A stretch of 63,890 bases of DNA, filler included, from Neolecta irregularis DAH-3 (GCA_001929475.1; 12 parts of 12 records of this genome joined end to end with filler, not necessarily neighbours in it); one strand, 5' to 3'; numbered from the whole stretch's first letter, positions 12,275-26,510 are shown. Notes: generated by a model from the sequence alone, not told the origin. Numbers and translations are program-made.

Positions 12275-12967
12275 CTAACTTTCTTCGGCAATCAACGCGA
12301 CAATCATACTATATATTGAGCTCTTTTCACGACGGTGGAGGATATACCAATAAAGATAGAAGAAGAACATGACTAGATGAAAACCTAATTTTACGAAACT
12401 TTCTCGTTTATGTTTGGACAATGTACGAAATATCTCTGTAGCATCAAGAAGATATATTTTGTTCACGAATCTAGTCTTATTAGAATTTAACAGGACAATA
12501 GTCAAACTTGTTAATATTCCAAGCTAGAAGAGGTAGATTCAACAGAAACGCTGTCCAGTACCCATTGATCAAGAACATCGATGTCAAAAATAGATGGAGA
12601 GCGGCTTCGGGCAAGATGTACTATAAATTAATCACGAAAGAATACGGTTAAATACGGAGTTCATCTTATTGCAGACTTGAGGATGTAATGTCAGCATCAA
12701 TGATGTGCATTACGAAGGATATACGGTCAATTGGATTTATATAATCACCTAAGAGGATCAGTCTTCTGTTTCAGGAGCAGGATGTACATTCTAGGTCGGA
12801 TAATAGAATCACAAAGAAAACTTGCAGCTGTAACCCTGTCAATTGTTTTCCTGGGATGACTTCATACAAATAGATTAATGGCGTTAAGCAGGACCGAAAA
12901 AAGATATAGCCAAGCTTCTCCGGACCTGCGTAGACGTTAGTTACCATTGATCGAAAGAATGGGACAT
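12275..12967 (-). CDS. ERV14: Cornichon family COPII cargo receptor
   Basis: Spliced [33 protein letters not shown]...DYINPID...[34 protein letters not shown]. Confidence 0.92.
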
Positions 12968-13359
12968 TGTCGAGGATTGAGGAGGTGATGTGGCTGTGAG
13001 GGAGGTAAGAGGTTTCAAGTTTGAGAAATAATTCAAGAGCTCAAATACATCATTTGGGTTCATTTTCACTCTCGTGTTCATTCAAAGAAGATGGATTACA
13101 CATTTTTCTCTAAGGCGAGTTGTCGAAAATTTGCCGGTGGGCCGATCAGGTTGATATATTTAAGTTTGTTAATGATTAACTTGGCGAAGACCGAGTAGAA
13201 TAGAGAGATATTTCAGTTTCAGAGATCAAGTTTTTGTATTCTTATTCTGAGAAATGTAGGATACAGCGGAATGGGTTCAGTTCTACTAATGAATGATTAA
13301 TGCCAAACTGCCATATTACATATTTCTATTAAACGCATTAACCACCCGATATGACTGTC

Positions 13360-14352
<993 letters not shown>

Positions 14353-14605
14353 TAAGGAGGCAAAAAGGGCGGTTTGTTGGGTCAGTTTGTGTTGGACGAT
14401 CAAGAGGATCTTACTAGAATTACCGAATCAACAGATCTCCTTGTTCTATATATGGTACATAAAAGGAACCAAAAACCCTTCTTATCTGTTCTGAAAGAGA
14501 TTCGGTTCACATTGTGAAAATATCTTTAACCCAATCTGATTTGAACTTGAATCTCGACAAGTAACTCTGGCGCCCCTGATGTCCCTTCTATAATCTTTTG
14601 ACTCG

Positions 14606-15255
14606 ATGATTCTAGTCATATCTGATGAAGACTCCAGAATTTCCTGTCGCTGCTCTGCTTCGGATAATGCAATCCTTACATGGGCTGAATGTATAAAAAT
14701 TATAGGTATAATATGATGATTTCAATAGTCATTAACGAAAAAGAAGAGAATAGAATAGAAGATTTCCACAGGCGACCATCTGATCTCGAAGATTATTTGT
14801 CATGGAAAAGGGAAATTTTGAAACGATATTCAACGATGGAACAGTACATACTGAAAGAAGTAGTGGAGTGGTTTCCTTCACCAACTCCTAAATGCGAGAC
14901 TCCATTTCAAGATAAAGGTATGTATCGTACTTTTTTGTGCTCGTTGAGGTTCTATTAATCAAAAGATGACTACAAAATAACTTCGAATAGCTTTCCTTAC
15001 GCCATTGAACCAGATGTTAAACATATCGTAGTATGGCTGAAGCAAAATCTCGAGAAAGATTCCCTTGGATATCTTTCCAAAGAGGTATACCGTCTAGTTG
15101 ATGGATGGGTTAAACAGACGTTTGGGGCGGACAATGACGTTCTTTGGTTCAATAACTCTACTGCCTTGAGAAGTGTCGCAGGATTAGAGCATTTTCATGT
15201 CCTACTCAAAGGTTGGAGTGATGAGAAATTTATGGAGTTTGTCCAGAAATCTTAA
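14606..15255 (+). CDS. DUF3605 / GIG1-like protein
   Basis: LTWAECIKII/EENRIEDFHRRPSDLEDYLSWK, NSFPYAIEPDVKHIVVWLK, WFNNSTALRSVAGLEHFHVL; two short introns. Confidence 0.8.
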
Positions 15256-15805
15256 TTTATACACTCGCATTTTAAAGAACATTTAATTAATGACAGCATT
15301 CGCATTTGGCGTTAGTTTGACTTGCTTTTCTTTCAACTACATCTGCTATATGACAATTTGCGTGACAGACTGTCCAAATCAATCCGATTGATTGTAAGTG
15401 GCAACTGAGGACCACAAAATCCCATTTCAGAGTATGCCGGGGGTTATGTTTGGCATTACCGGTCCCATAAAATGCAAATCAAGTACTCCACAAATGAACG
15501 ACCAACCCATCACTAGCAGCTGAGCCGATATCTTTGCTTAAACAAGAAGCGAGCTACAGCCAATGTACCTCTGAGCCACACGTACCTTTGGAGACTGTTC
15601 ACAAATAAGAAGTTGTAGCACCAGTAGAGCAAATGCTATTATAATGAAGACCGGGCTCATAGTACTTGTTCATTCACAGGAAACTGTTCAACCCAGGAAA
15701 TTCTGGGTCGTATTCATTGAAAACAGAAGGGATACTCGTGAGATCAAAGTAAACCGGGTCACGTTTTACATTTTCCAGATAAAGGAGAAACCTAATATAC
15801 TCGCC

Positions 15806-17109
15806 ATGCCATCATCATCATTTAAAGATTCACTTTTATTCTACTTGACCTTTCAAGTTCCTCGTCGGCGATCGTTATTATCGACTTGTTGTCTTATTAT
15901 CGTGTCACATATATGGAAGATGATACGTTTCGTGTATCGATTGATTACTCGTACCACTGAAATTCACCGACTTTCAACAAAAGCTTTGTTGGGGTCAAAA
16001 GGAGATGCCGTTGATGTGCTTTTGGGGAGGGCGGTCATGGGAGAATCGATGAGACTCGGTGTTTGGAGAATATGTAAATTTATTCGATCCTTCCCCATCC
16101 GTATTTGGCAATGCGGGGGAAATTGTAAAAGCTTGTGTTGATTTTTTTCTAGGGATGATGATTAGGTTGTCAAACACTTTTGCGGGTGATTTAAATTTTG
16201 AAAAGGTGGGCAGAAATCAAATCTATTCTGTATCGAGGCAACTTGCAAAAGTTAAAGGGATACCCTTGGAATCGTAAGTCTTTTGTGAAACTCGAATCTG
16301 AAGAAACAAAATAGATTGGAGTTTCTCTTTTTGAATCATGCGATTGGAACGATACGGAGGGTTGAGATATTTAAACAGACTACGAGGGGGTTATGTGATG
16401 TTCAAGTCACTCTAATGATTCATAAAGAAAGCTTCATTGAGGTATGTTCCTTGTGCCCTTTATTATTTTTGACAAGTGTAGATGTGGCAAGCACTGTTAC
16501 CAGACTTGGAGAAGAAAGAGAAGAATTACATAATGGTGGGAACAAATATCCTAGATTTCAAGTGTTTTAACTCGATACAGTTGGGATTTCAGGGGTCTGA
16601 TCCTTCGACCGATTTCCGAGCGATGGGTAAGTTTGAGACAATATCCTTCTTGACCATTTAGGGGTTTTGGCGTTGACTCTGATTCACAGGTTCAGTGTAA
16701 GCCGGGTGGGACTCGCAAGACATATCCTTCAGACATCCAATTCGACATCATTGACCTGTGATCAAGATGAACCTTGGTATTCGTTTGGTCTGGCTGGGAT
16801 CCATATTACTGCGTTTATTGTGTCGCTGCTTGATTCAGGTGGTTTGGATCGATTGTTGGTTATGGGATATGATGATTTAGATGGCATCTTGAATGATTTG
16901 TTTGGTAATTTGTTCTACTTTGGGCAAGGTTAACTGTAGCTTGGTTGTTTGGAAACTTTCATAGCCGGTGGATAAGATTAGTGGAAATCAGGGATGTGAA
17001 GAGTATCATGGATTTCGAGAGGTGTTTTATGGAATGGAAGGGGATTGTTCGGGACATGGTTGTTTGGACTGATGTGTCAAGGGAAGAAAGGGTTTGGGGG
17101 AACTCGTAG
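15806..17109 (+). CDS. ELMO/CED-12 domain protein (ELMOD-like)
   Basis: RLITRTTEIHRL, GFQGSDPSTDFRAMG, WYSFGLAGIHIT, SIMDFERCF; several short introns; start approximate. Confidence 0.82.
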
Positions 17110-17274
17110 TACATACCCAAGCGGTGTTTATTTGTTCCGTTTCCGACCGGAATTCGCATGGTGTACAATGAATGATAAATATCTCATAATCCTACTTCTA
17201 AATATATCGTGCTATGAAAAATCATGTTCGCCGACCTCCCAGAGTCATACAAAAAGGAGAGACGGATAAGGAAA

Positions 17275-17807
17275 TCAAGTTGCTAGGCGTGTACCAAAAT
17301 GAAATAAGACATAGAGAAATCCCAAGCCGAGACATATTTTCCCTGATTCTTTGTACGCGATAAAAGTGCCCTCATCGTCGTATAGCCTGCGGTTGGGATC
17401 GACTCGGGGTTTTGACCTGCGGGCGCGGGGACGAGGCGGGGTTTCTTTTGAGCCTAGTTTCCAGTAATCACGCTGGAGCAGGAGGCGGTCGGGGAAGCTT
17501 AGGTTTTGGATATTGTGAAAGTAGTTTGGCTGGGGCGGTTTTCCGGTGGGTGAAGGAGAAGGCGAGCCTCTGCCGTAGATGGGGATGATCGATGTGAGCT
17601 CGCAGCCTGATTTGCAGACGGGACAGACAGGATTTTCGTTTTGGCTGGGCGACGATAGCCAGTGGTATAGACAGGTCCAGCAATACAAATGGCCGCACAA
17701 TGTGACTACAGGGGACGAGGCCACGTCAAAACTGGAGGAATGAGCGGCGTATGGAGGTGCAGTTACCAGATATTGCATTCGTATTCTGGGAGAGGGTGAT
17801 TGGACAT
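17275..17807 (-). CDS. C3HC4 RING E3 ligase, RNF5/RNF185/RMA-like
   Basis: YECNIC/FDVASSPVVTLCGHLYCWTCLYHWL...CPVCKSG...IIPIYGRG, PPRPRARR, hydrophobic C-terminus. Confidence 0.88.
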
Positions 17808-18098
17808 GGGGGAATCACAGGGCGCTTGTTGGATGCGGCGGTGGAGCGTGTGTGCCATAACCCGGACCGGGTTCGAAAGAAATACACCGGGCAAGGACAG
17901 GACAGTCTGGATATGCAAAGGCATGCAGTGCAACAGTGTTCCGACTGGAATCGTGTATGGAAACAGCTGGATCTACCAAGTCGCACCATTCCAGCCTGCC
18001 ACGAGGCGCTGGTTCTAGCGAGCGATGTTGCCCAGCACCGGGTGTGATTGGAAGCTTGGCAGCAAATCAGGGATTGGCAAAGATGCGGTGAGTAAAAG

Positions 18099-18226
18099 TG
18101 ACTGAATGACTGAATGACTGGATAACTGAATGGCTGAATGACTGAATGACTGGATAATGAATAGCAGAGTGACTGGATGGATACTGGATACCATGCCATG
18201 CCATGTCATGCTATGCTATGCTATGT
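18099..18226. repeat. Simple-sequence repeats (TGACTGAA)n then (CATGC/TATGC)n
   Basis: Directly visible, in the divergent intergenic region between the RING gene and the next gene. Confidence 0.9.
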
Positions 18227-18436
18227 TAACCAATTGGACTCAACATCTGCGACTCTGCGGAGCGAGGACTTGATCAGCAGTGGGGCGCCTCGAGTGGACA
18301 ATGGCAGCTGCCGCTTCCCGCATCGCTTCCTTCCCCTGTTTCAGCCTCCTTTCTTCCCTCCGCCCTCAATTTTCCTCCTCCATTACCATTTCCCTCCTCT
18401 ATTTCCATTTTCATCTCCACCACTCTGCGGATCCAC

Positions 18437-20580
18437 ATGCATCGTCTGCGCCGCCGCACTAAATCCCGCCGCGTGCCGTCCAAAGGCTCGCTGCCGCCTG
18501 CTCCTGCCGCCGCTCTGCCGCCAGAAACAGACTTTCGCACTTCGCTGCTTCTACCAAATCTGCAGCAACGCTTCAGCGTCCTGCGCCATCACGCACACCA
18601 GCTCTCGGCTTCCGCAGCGCCGCCCACGGTTTTGTGCGAGCGGGATCGCAGGGACCACCCCGTTGCCCTGAATGAAAAAAACGCCGAATTGCCCTCCGAA
18701 ATACACCACCCACCTCCAGAATCAACCCATTGCAGTCCCCATGTCGAACTCCTGCAAATTGTCCCGCCAAGCCCCAATGCTGCTATTCTAAACACATTTT
18801 GCTTTGATCTCCCCGACATTTCCACATGCGCGGTCGATTCGCCAACTCTGCCGCTGCAGGAGGAGGATCCAGAAAAGGGCCCTGTGTCCCTGGTCCGCGC
18901 CCATCTCAGACATCTAAGCAGCATTTCCTCGACTCACCCCCGCACAAGCGATCTAGATTCCACCACCGACCAGCCCTGGAGGCCCCCTGCAGAGTTTGAC
19001 CCAGATGCGCCAAGGCAGGATTTGGCTGTTCAGTGGGGAGAAATCAAGGAAAAATATTCGTCTGTCGTCACCACCGCGTCGGAAACCCAGCGGTCGCCGA
19101 CGCTATTCACCCGCTGGCAAAGCGTTGATCCCAGAAACGACAACCCCGCCCAAAAACGACTAACAAAAGAACTATTCGAATTCGATCATGTAGTATGTCA
19201 TCTTGCGTTTATTTCATTGTTGATCTATTTCAGCGTCGGACATCCAGACCATCCACCGCTGCGACTGACCGGCCAAAGTCTTCTTCCAGCTCAAGAATCA
19301 GCATTATACAACGCCGCGTTTCAAAATTTGCAGAACAAGCAAAATTGTTTGCCTATCCCCGCCGTTCAACGATTGACTGCCCTCGATCCAGTTTGGGAGA
19401 CAAACCAGAGGAGATCCAAGAGACATTTCCTCCCACTGGCACAATTTCTGTGTTATCGTCCATCCCTCCTTACGCAAATGAATCGTCCCCGGAGGACGAT
19501 TCCTCAGAAAGAGCCATGAGCAGGTCTCCTAGCGCAAACAGTTGCAGTTCGAGCTCAAGTACTTCTAAAGATGGCGCTTCTATCAATTTCAAGCACGCTA
19601 GCCTCGAAAAAAACGATTCCCGTGCTCTTCATACTCGCAAGGACTCTATTGAAACGGAATGGCTTGAACAGGAAATTCCTTCAAGACCACGCTTACTTAG
19701 TCATGAATCATTGCGATCGAGTTTAACTCGCTTACCTCGACCCGCCTCGGTCAACTCTGCTTGTTCTATTAGACGCAATCGCTCATCGACATTCGAATCC
19801 CGGAGACCTAGAGCATCTACCAACGACTCGAGAATGACAATTCACTCGATCCCAGAGCTTGCACTGGCAAGAGCCGACTCGATCTCAGAACTTGCACAGG
19901 AAAAAGCCGACTCAATTCCAGAACTTGCACTGGAAAGAGCCGACTCGTCAAGTACTTTTAACTCTGGACACCCCTTGTCATCTTCAACGCCTACATCAGA
20001 AGACTTTCCGAGTCCACCCGCGGAAGCTCCAACATGCGATCCCATCGGTCAACCCGTGTTGACCGAATTCAATCGAAAGAGGAGCATTCAAAAATTACAT
20101 ACGGTCATGGGACCACGATCACGATCCAACACAGATGATTCTCAAAATAAATACAACATCTCTCCTCCACGACCCATCATTCTAGCCCAACACTTGCAGA
20201 ACTCTGAACTTAAAAAACCTCCACAATACCGTCTACGTTCTTCTACCACTGACAATACATCTACCTTCCCAAACCTCTTCTATACCCACTCTCGCTCTCG
20301 AACAGTCAGCCTGGACCATACACCTGTTTATCCCCGAAGCATTCGCAAAAAGAATATCAGTGCACCTGTCCTCATAAGTAAAACTTGCGAAATACCAACG
20401 GTCCCGCTTCCCTCTGACCTTTCAAAAAAGAAATCTTCATCAAAATCTTGGTTGAAGAGTAAAGAACCTAGAACGAGTCCTACTATTGGAAGACCTATCT
20501 TCACTTCAAGTTCCTCCAACCCGGAGACGGTTAGACATGACGCAAGTTACGGGAGTTTTACGACTAGCGGAATGATCTAA
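18437..20580 (+). CDS. Conserved fungal hypothetical protein, Ser/Pro-rich and disordered
   Basis: N-terminal ALPPETDFRTSLLLPNLQQRFSVL motif, as recalled from uncharacterised fungal proteins; a GTATGT...CAG intron near 19192-19233 joins ORFs 18437 and 19195. Confidence 0.72.
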
Positions 20581-21140
20581 TTTTCACGTCTTATCATTCG
20601 CTTTTCGTGTGTTTGTTTTCGTTCATTTCTTTCGCGTTAGGTTGTTATTCGTTTCTTCCTTTTTTAAAAAAAAAATGAAAAATGAAGTTCATGCTTTATC
20701 TTGCATTTATTAGACCTACGCTTGTTCGCTCGCTCGTTTTGTGTATGTATATTGGTATTTTCCAAAAAAGATTTTCTGTTATCTCGCATTGTCTTTGTCC
20801 CTGGTGACATCGTTATGACGCTATCCACCCTCGGATCACTGGCATATAAATATCAAGCCTCCAACACCCCGCCATACTGTTATCACGAATTCTACTGTTA
20901 GTTTTTGATTAATCGGCTTTCTGAGCTGATTTGGTAGACGTCATCTGGAAGATAGTCGCCGCCTACTGAGGCACAAGATCCAAAACAAGGATCGCGTAAA
21001 AGTCACTCTAAAAAAACCCACTATGACACTGAATCAATCAAAAATCTATCAACTAATCCAAAGTAATCACATTTTATCTCGTGTGAGAAGTCTTTTTTAA
21101 ATATCATCTTTCATTCAATCAGGTCAATCTTTATTATTAT

Positions 21141-21891
21141 TTATTTCTTCCAGCTCTTTTTGCCTAGATCGAATGGAATATAACGGTATCGAACCATATG
21201 TTGAATCTGTCGCTTCATAGTCACCATGAATAAAATGATCCAGTAGACAATTAATATAGGCCAAAAGACGCTAAATCTGTTAGATTTTCGAAAAAGGTTG
21301 CGGCAGATACGGGACGTCGAATATCGAGAACCACGATACGATAAATGCTACTGTTGTAGCTCGTATCGCTGAATGCCAAAATTTGAATTCTGGAAGTCTG
21401 ATGATTTGAGTTATTGTGATGCAATGGAAGAAATGTACCGTCGAATAAATGGTTTGAATTCATCGTCAGAAGAAGTGGGAAGATGTAATTGACCTTCCTC
21501 GGCGTCTTGGTCTGCGATTTCCTGGTCAATGCTTGGATCAAATTTTGGGGATAAAAATGCCAGGAAAAGATTAAGTAAGTATATACCCAAGGCATACGCG
21601 ACTTTTGTGGTTCAAAGTCAGTCCAAAGAGCAAAGAGAAGGCGAGATGTACCTATATACCAGCCTCGAGCTATGACAATTCTTAGACAGAATAAAGTGAG
21701 GGCAAGACCAAATGATAACCAGCGATATAAAGTATACGGCGTCGATTGGTCTAATAATGACTGGTATCTCTGCCGAGAATCGTCAGCAATGTCTTCTGCA
21801 AAGGAGAATAGAGGAAAAAGACCTGGGCTAGTTTGGACGACTGTGCTTGAACTGCATTTAAAGCATGCGATTCATCACGGAGATTGTCCAT
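21141..21891 (-). CDS. RER1: Golgi-to-ER retrieval receptor Rer1
   Basis: [79 protein letters not shown]. Confidence 0.93.
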
Positions 21892-22041
21892 TTTCGTGGA
21901 CAAGATCGCAGGTTAAATGTGGTTGGGGCTGGAGTAGAGTTTAGGTTTTCGGGGTTGACATGGCTCAACACCGAAATGGGCAAGTTTTCACAATGAGAGC
22001 CAATGAATCATAAACATCGAGTTTTAATAGATAGAGAGGGA

Positions 22042-22811
22042 CTAAAATTTGAATCTAGCAAAACTTTTCAACATGGCCTTTCCAGAAAACCAAAAAGTCC
22101 TATACAAGGTATTGAAGTCGAATGTACTGGTTAGTATCTCGATGACTCCGAATGGGAACATTGATGGTATCCACCCTAGTCGTTTGAGAAGAGAATGGAG
22201 AAGACATTCAGATACCCTGAGCGAGTTCCAATGCCCAACATTCATCTGGCATCTTGTAATGTATGGCATATCCTCTTTTTAAAACATTGGTATCGCCGGG
22301 ACGGTATATCTGTACATCAATGGGACCCCAGAGTTGGAAGTCGTACAGACTTTTTCAACTGACCTGGTTCATAGCCCCATTGCTCTCCAACGAGAATGTT
22401 AAAATAATCTGTGGCCAGATGAACTCCTGAATGGCCTTCGGTACCAACAGCTGATCCGAAAATGATCAAATATTCGGAGATTGATGCATGAAGAATTGTC
22501 AGAGCCCCCTAGTTCAGTCAGCTTAGATTGTATCTAGAGTTGAGCACCATTGCATTTCCAGCATTATTAAAGATCCATTCGTCATCTTTAATATCCTGAA
22601 CTGCTTCCCCGTATTCAACCTTCAACGAAGAGACCAGAGTATTTAAAAGTGCGTGCGTGTCATTTCCATGGGCTGCCACTGCTGCTCGGGACAATTCGCT
22701 AAGCTTCGTCGGATCGAACACAAACAAACGAGGAAGAACAAATCGATCTAGACAAGAAAATATGACCGCAACCGCCGCCAGAAGTGCTGAGCCGGAACGA
22801 AGAGTAACCAT
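22042..22811 (-). CDS. ERG2: C-8 sterol isomerase (ERG2/sigma1 family)
   Basis: [63 protein letters not shown]. Confidence 0.93.
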
Positions 22812-23629
22812 TTGGTAAGAGTTGAAAGTGATCTCGTGGTCAGGCCTCGCTTTAAAAAAGGAGCTTAACTGGTTTTGCCGTACCCAAGTCAATCGTGATG
22901 AAAACTAAAAGTAAAATCTCAAAAGTGGAGAACCCCCACTATCTTTTCTCCATCTCCCTAGAAACTTTGGATGTTGCTGGTATTATTCTTATTAAATATA
23001 ATCTTTTCAGTATATCAATCTAGCATCAATGTGAATCTTAGTACAAATACACAGTGATATTCTTTTAAGTGTTGCTGGCATTATCTCTATTAAGGGAGCG
23101 TTTTGCAGTCACTTTTTTCTAACCCTAACCCTGAATTTCATGAAATTCAAAAACAGGTCTAGACCTGTTTTTTGAAAATGCAAAACGTAAAATTCAGGGA
23201 GTTCACCCATCACGGCTACGGCGCTATCTACCCTAAACCCCAATTCATCTCAACAACACTAGATGAAGAAGACAACAACATGCTGATTAAAAATTTAGTA
23301 CTAATAGCAAACATTATTGACTGCTTCAGGCATTTTCCCTGCTCTTGCCACATCAAGTCCCGCCTTCACCAAGAGATCCAACCACCCACCTGGAGAATGC
23401 TCTGGCAGGCTGTTAGGTTGTATGGCGATTTGGTAGTTTCCTCCATGTGATGCTTCTTCAAAAGTCCCCTTTTGATTTTCTTGTATTGAATTTGTTGGCA
23501 GACCATTAGTTTTGCCTTTAAATTTTGATNNNNNNNNNNNNNNNNNNNNNNNNNNNNNNNNNNNNNNNNNNNNTTAATTAATTAANNNNNNNNNNNNNNN
23601 NNNNNNNNNNNNNNNNNNNNNNNNNNNNN

Positions 23630-23832
23630 AAGTGAAAAACCTCAAGTGAAAGTCCAAGCTAATGAAACTAACAGTGAAAATCCCGATTTTTGTGGGTTTT
23701 CAGTGAAATTCCCACAACTTTGAGTGAAAATCTGTGAACTTTCAGTGAAAATCGCAAACTTGCAGTGAAAATCTCTGTACTTTCACTGAAAATCCCGACT
23801 TTTAGAACTTTTACTGCAAATTCTGGAACTTT
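23630..23832. repeat. Degenerate tandem repeat built on CAGTGAAAAT...AACTTT units
   Basis: About 8 recurrences of (C)AGTGAAA at the contig start, at irregular ~20-nt spacing. Confidence 0.7.
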
Positions 23833-23968
23833 AACCCGCTCACTCCCTCTCTCCTTCACTCCCTTTCACCACCTTGCCCGCTCATTCCCTCGCTCCCTCT
23901 CACTTTATCCCGCCACCGCGCCTCATCTCAGACTCAGCCGCTGAGCCCTGCAAGTTGCTTCTCACCAG

Positions 23969-24397
23969 CTGCGCGTCTCTGTCACTCTCGTCCCCGCCCA
24001 GCCGCTGCTCTTTGACCTCGCTGTTGACGGCCCGAGCCACGCCGCGTACCGCCTCCGCTCCCTCGCCGCGGTCGTCCACTGCATCACAGTGCTCTCCTCG
24101 GCCACAGCTTGCCACAAGTCCGTCCACTTGCTCCCGCTCTATCCGTGCCCCAACATCGACTACCCCCTCCCGCCGTCCCCCGCGCCCGTCGCCGTCCCCA
24201 GCCACGTCCTCCCAAAAGACCTCGTCCTGCCAGACACCCTTCCGCTCTCCTTTTCCACCTGCTGAGTGGCCCGCTCCTATGTCCTTGAGTTCCAGGTCTG
24301 TCTCGCCGCGCATGCTCTATGTCATCACTGGTACCATCAAAGCCGCCCGCCACCCAGACTGCCTGCAGTGATAATCCTCTACAATCGGGAACCATGA
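23969..24397 (+). pseudogene. Arrestin-like (fungal arrestin C-terminal region) gene fragment
   Basis: Frame reads LVPAQPLLFDLAV...YRLRSLAAVVHCIT...LVLPDTLPLSFSTC*VARSYVLEFQV, like the fungal arrestin pattern LPxTxxPSFxTCxIxRxYxLEV; in-frame TGA at 24263; no ATG or introns seen. Confidence 0.55.
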
Positions 24398-24534
24398 GCC
24401 TCGGTGGCAAGGATTAGTCACCAACTGTTCCATAGTTGTCACTCACCTCTGCTCTGGCCCTCCTCCCTCGTCCTCGCAGCCTCCCTGCGCGCGCTCACCC
24501 GAGATCTGGCCAGCTTGGGCCGCACCTGGACCTG

Positions 24535-24915
24535 CGCCGCATCCCGTTTGCTCTAACCCTTCACGCCGCTCCAGACACGCTGCTGCCGCTGTTCGCTGGC
24601 ATCCTGTACCGCTGCCCGCCTGCTTCCGCAGTTCGCTGGCGTCCTGTGCCGCTGCCCGCCTTTCCTCGCCCTGCCGCATCTCGCTTATTCTTGCTAGCGC
24701 ACGCCGCGCGGTTCCCCTCGTCAACTCCTCTTCCTGCCGACCCTGCCGGAGCCGCTGGTGCCCGCTGACCGCTACGCCGCCATGCGAGCCCAGCTGGGCA
24801 ACTCGCGCTCGACCACCAAAGCCACATCTTCGAGTATCTCCGCTTCATCCGCGCACTGCCCACCGCACACCGCCAGCTGCTGCTCTACGTTCTCGACCTG
24901 CTCCCCATCTCCAGG
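24535..24915 (+). pseudogene. RhoGAP (Sac7/Bag7/Rga5-like) gene fragment, frameshifted
   Basis: LPTLPEPLVPADRYAAMR, then in a shifted frame IRALPTAHRQLLLYVLDLL; GILYR upstream in a third frame. Confidence 0.6.
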
Positions 24916-25158
24916 CCTACCGACACAGACACAGACATCAACGCTACTTATACAGACATCATTCCTACGGACACAAACATCCTCATCGAGGACATTGTCG
25001 ACAGCTCGCCCTACGCCACCCACAGACCATCCAGCGCGCTGCTCCTCTCTGCCCCTCCCCATTCCCCGCCCGTCTCTAACCCTCGCTCATCTCCCCCGTC
25101 TCGTACCACTCTCCCGCCCCGCCCGACTCGCTCCTGCCCGCCCGACTGTCCAGCCTAG

Positions 25159-25234
25159 CCCGTCCTGCCCGTCCTGCCCGGCTCTCCCGCCTTGCCCGTC
25201 CTGCCCGTCCTGCCCGGCTCTCCCGCCTTGCCCG
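25159..25234. repeat. GC-rich 36-bp tandem repeat at contig end
   Basis: CCCGTCCTGCCCGTCCTGCCCGGCTCTCCCGCCTTG x2 running into the gap. Confidence 0.85.
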
Positions 25235-25334
25235 NNNNNNNNNNNNNNNNNNNNNNNNNNNNNNNNNNNNNNNNNNNNTTAATTAATTAANNNNNNNNNN
25301 NNNNNNNNNNNNNNNNNNNNNNNNNNNNNNNNNN

Positions 25335-26423
25335 CAAAGGGTACTCCCCCCTCGCCCCGATCCCGCTTATCCCAGGCTGCTTCGACATCGGCCTCCCCTC
25401 AAAATTGTCCCTCTTCCACCTCCAGGCCCAGAGAATCATCGCCCTCCAGCAATTGTCCTCCGGCTCAATCCCCTGGTACATCATGACCTCGGAACCAACC
25501 AGAGCCCAAACAGAGTCCTTTTTCAACCGGCACAACCACTTTGGCTTGGACCCCGCAAATGTCTGCTTTTTCAACCAGGGCCTCCTCCCCTGTCTGACCA
25601 GCGACGCAAAAATTATCCTCCACGACAAGCATGCCGTATCCATTCTACCGGTCCCCCCCGCTTACCTTAGATCGCCCTCGCCCCAGACGGAAACGGTGGC
25701 CTCTACCGCGCCCTCTTAACCAACGGCGTCCTCAAAGACATGACCGATAGAGCAATCAAACACGTCCACGTCTACTGCGTAGACAATGCTCTAGTCCGCG
25801 TCGCAGACCCTCTCTTCATCGGCTTCGCTGCCTCCCGCAACGCAAAACTAGCAACAAAAGTCGTCCGCAAAAGAAATGCTGCAGAAAACGTAGGCCTCGT
25901 CGTCGCCAAACACGGAAAACCAGCAGTCATAGAATACTCTGAACTAGATCCACAAACAGCATCCCTCAAAGACTCGCACGGCCTACTTCAATACGGAGCC
26001 GCCAATATCGTCAATCACTACTATTCCATAGACTTTTTATTACAAGCACCCCAATGGATCGATACACTACCCCATCATATCGCTCACAAAAAGATTCCAT
26101 ACTGCGATCCATCAACAGGATCGCTCGTATCCCCATCCTCACCAAACGGCATAAAACTCGAACAGTTCATCTTTGACGTATTCCCCCTGGTCGAAATGCA
26201 CCAATTTGCCTGTTTTGAAGTAGACAGAAAAGACGAATTCTCGCCTTTGAAAAATGCAAGAGGCACCGGACAAGATGATCCTGATACTTGTCGTGACGAT
26301 ATCCTTGCCCAGGGAAAACGGTGGGTGGAAAAGGCTTGTGCTGTCGTTTTAACCGAGGGTGTCGAAATTAGTCCGTTGCTAAGCTATGCTGGCGAAGGAT
26401 TGGAGAATTACGTTGAAGCATAA
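25335..26423 (+). CDS. UAP1: UDP-N-acetylglucosamine pyrophosphorylase (5' truncated)
   Basis: [72 protein letters not shown]. Confidence 0.95.
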
Positions 26424-26510
26424 ATATTGCATCTGTACGTACCTTCTTAGCTACTATGCCCTTCCTACTATACCTTCTATTCATGCGTTCCTAGCTACTT
26501 TACCCTTCCA

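Noticed and set aside
15290-15662. Possible small membrane protein gene on the - strand (MSPVFIIIAFALLVLQLL)
   Set aside because: Could not build a convincing spliced model or recognise a family.
23119-23133. CTAACCCTAACCCTG as telomeric repeat
   Set aside because: Only about two units; expected by chance.
24263-24265. In-frame TGA next to Cys as selenocysteine or readthrough
   Set aside because: The surrounding fragment lacks a start and the neighbouring fragment is frameshifted; pseudogenisation is simpler.
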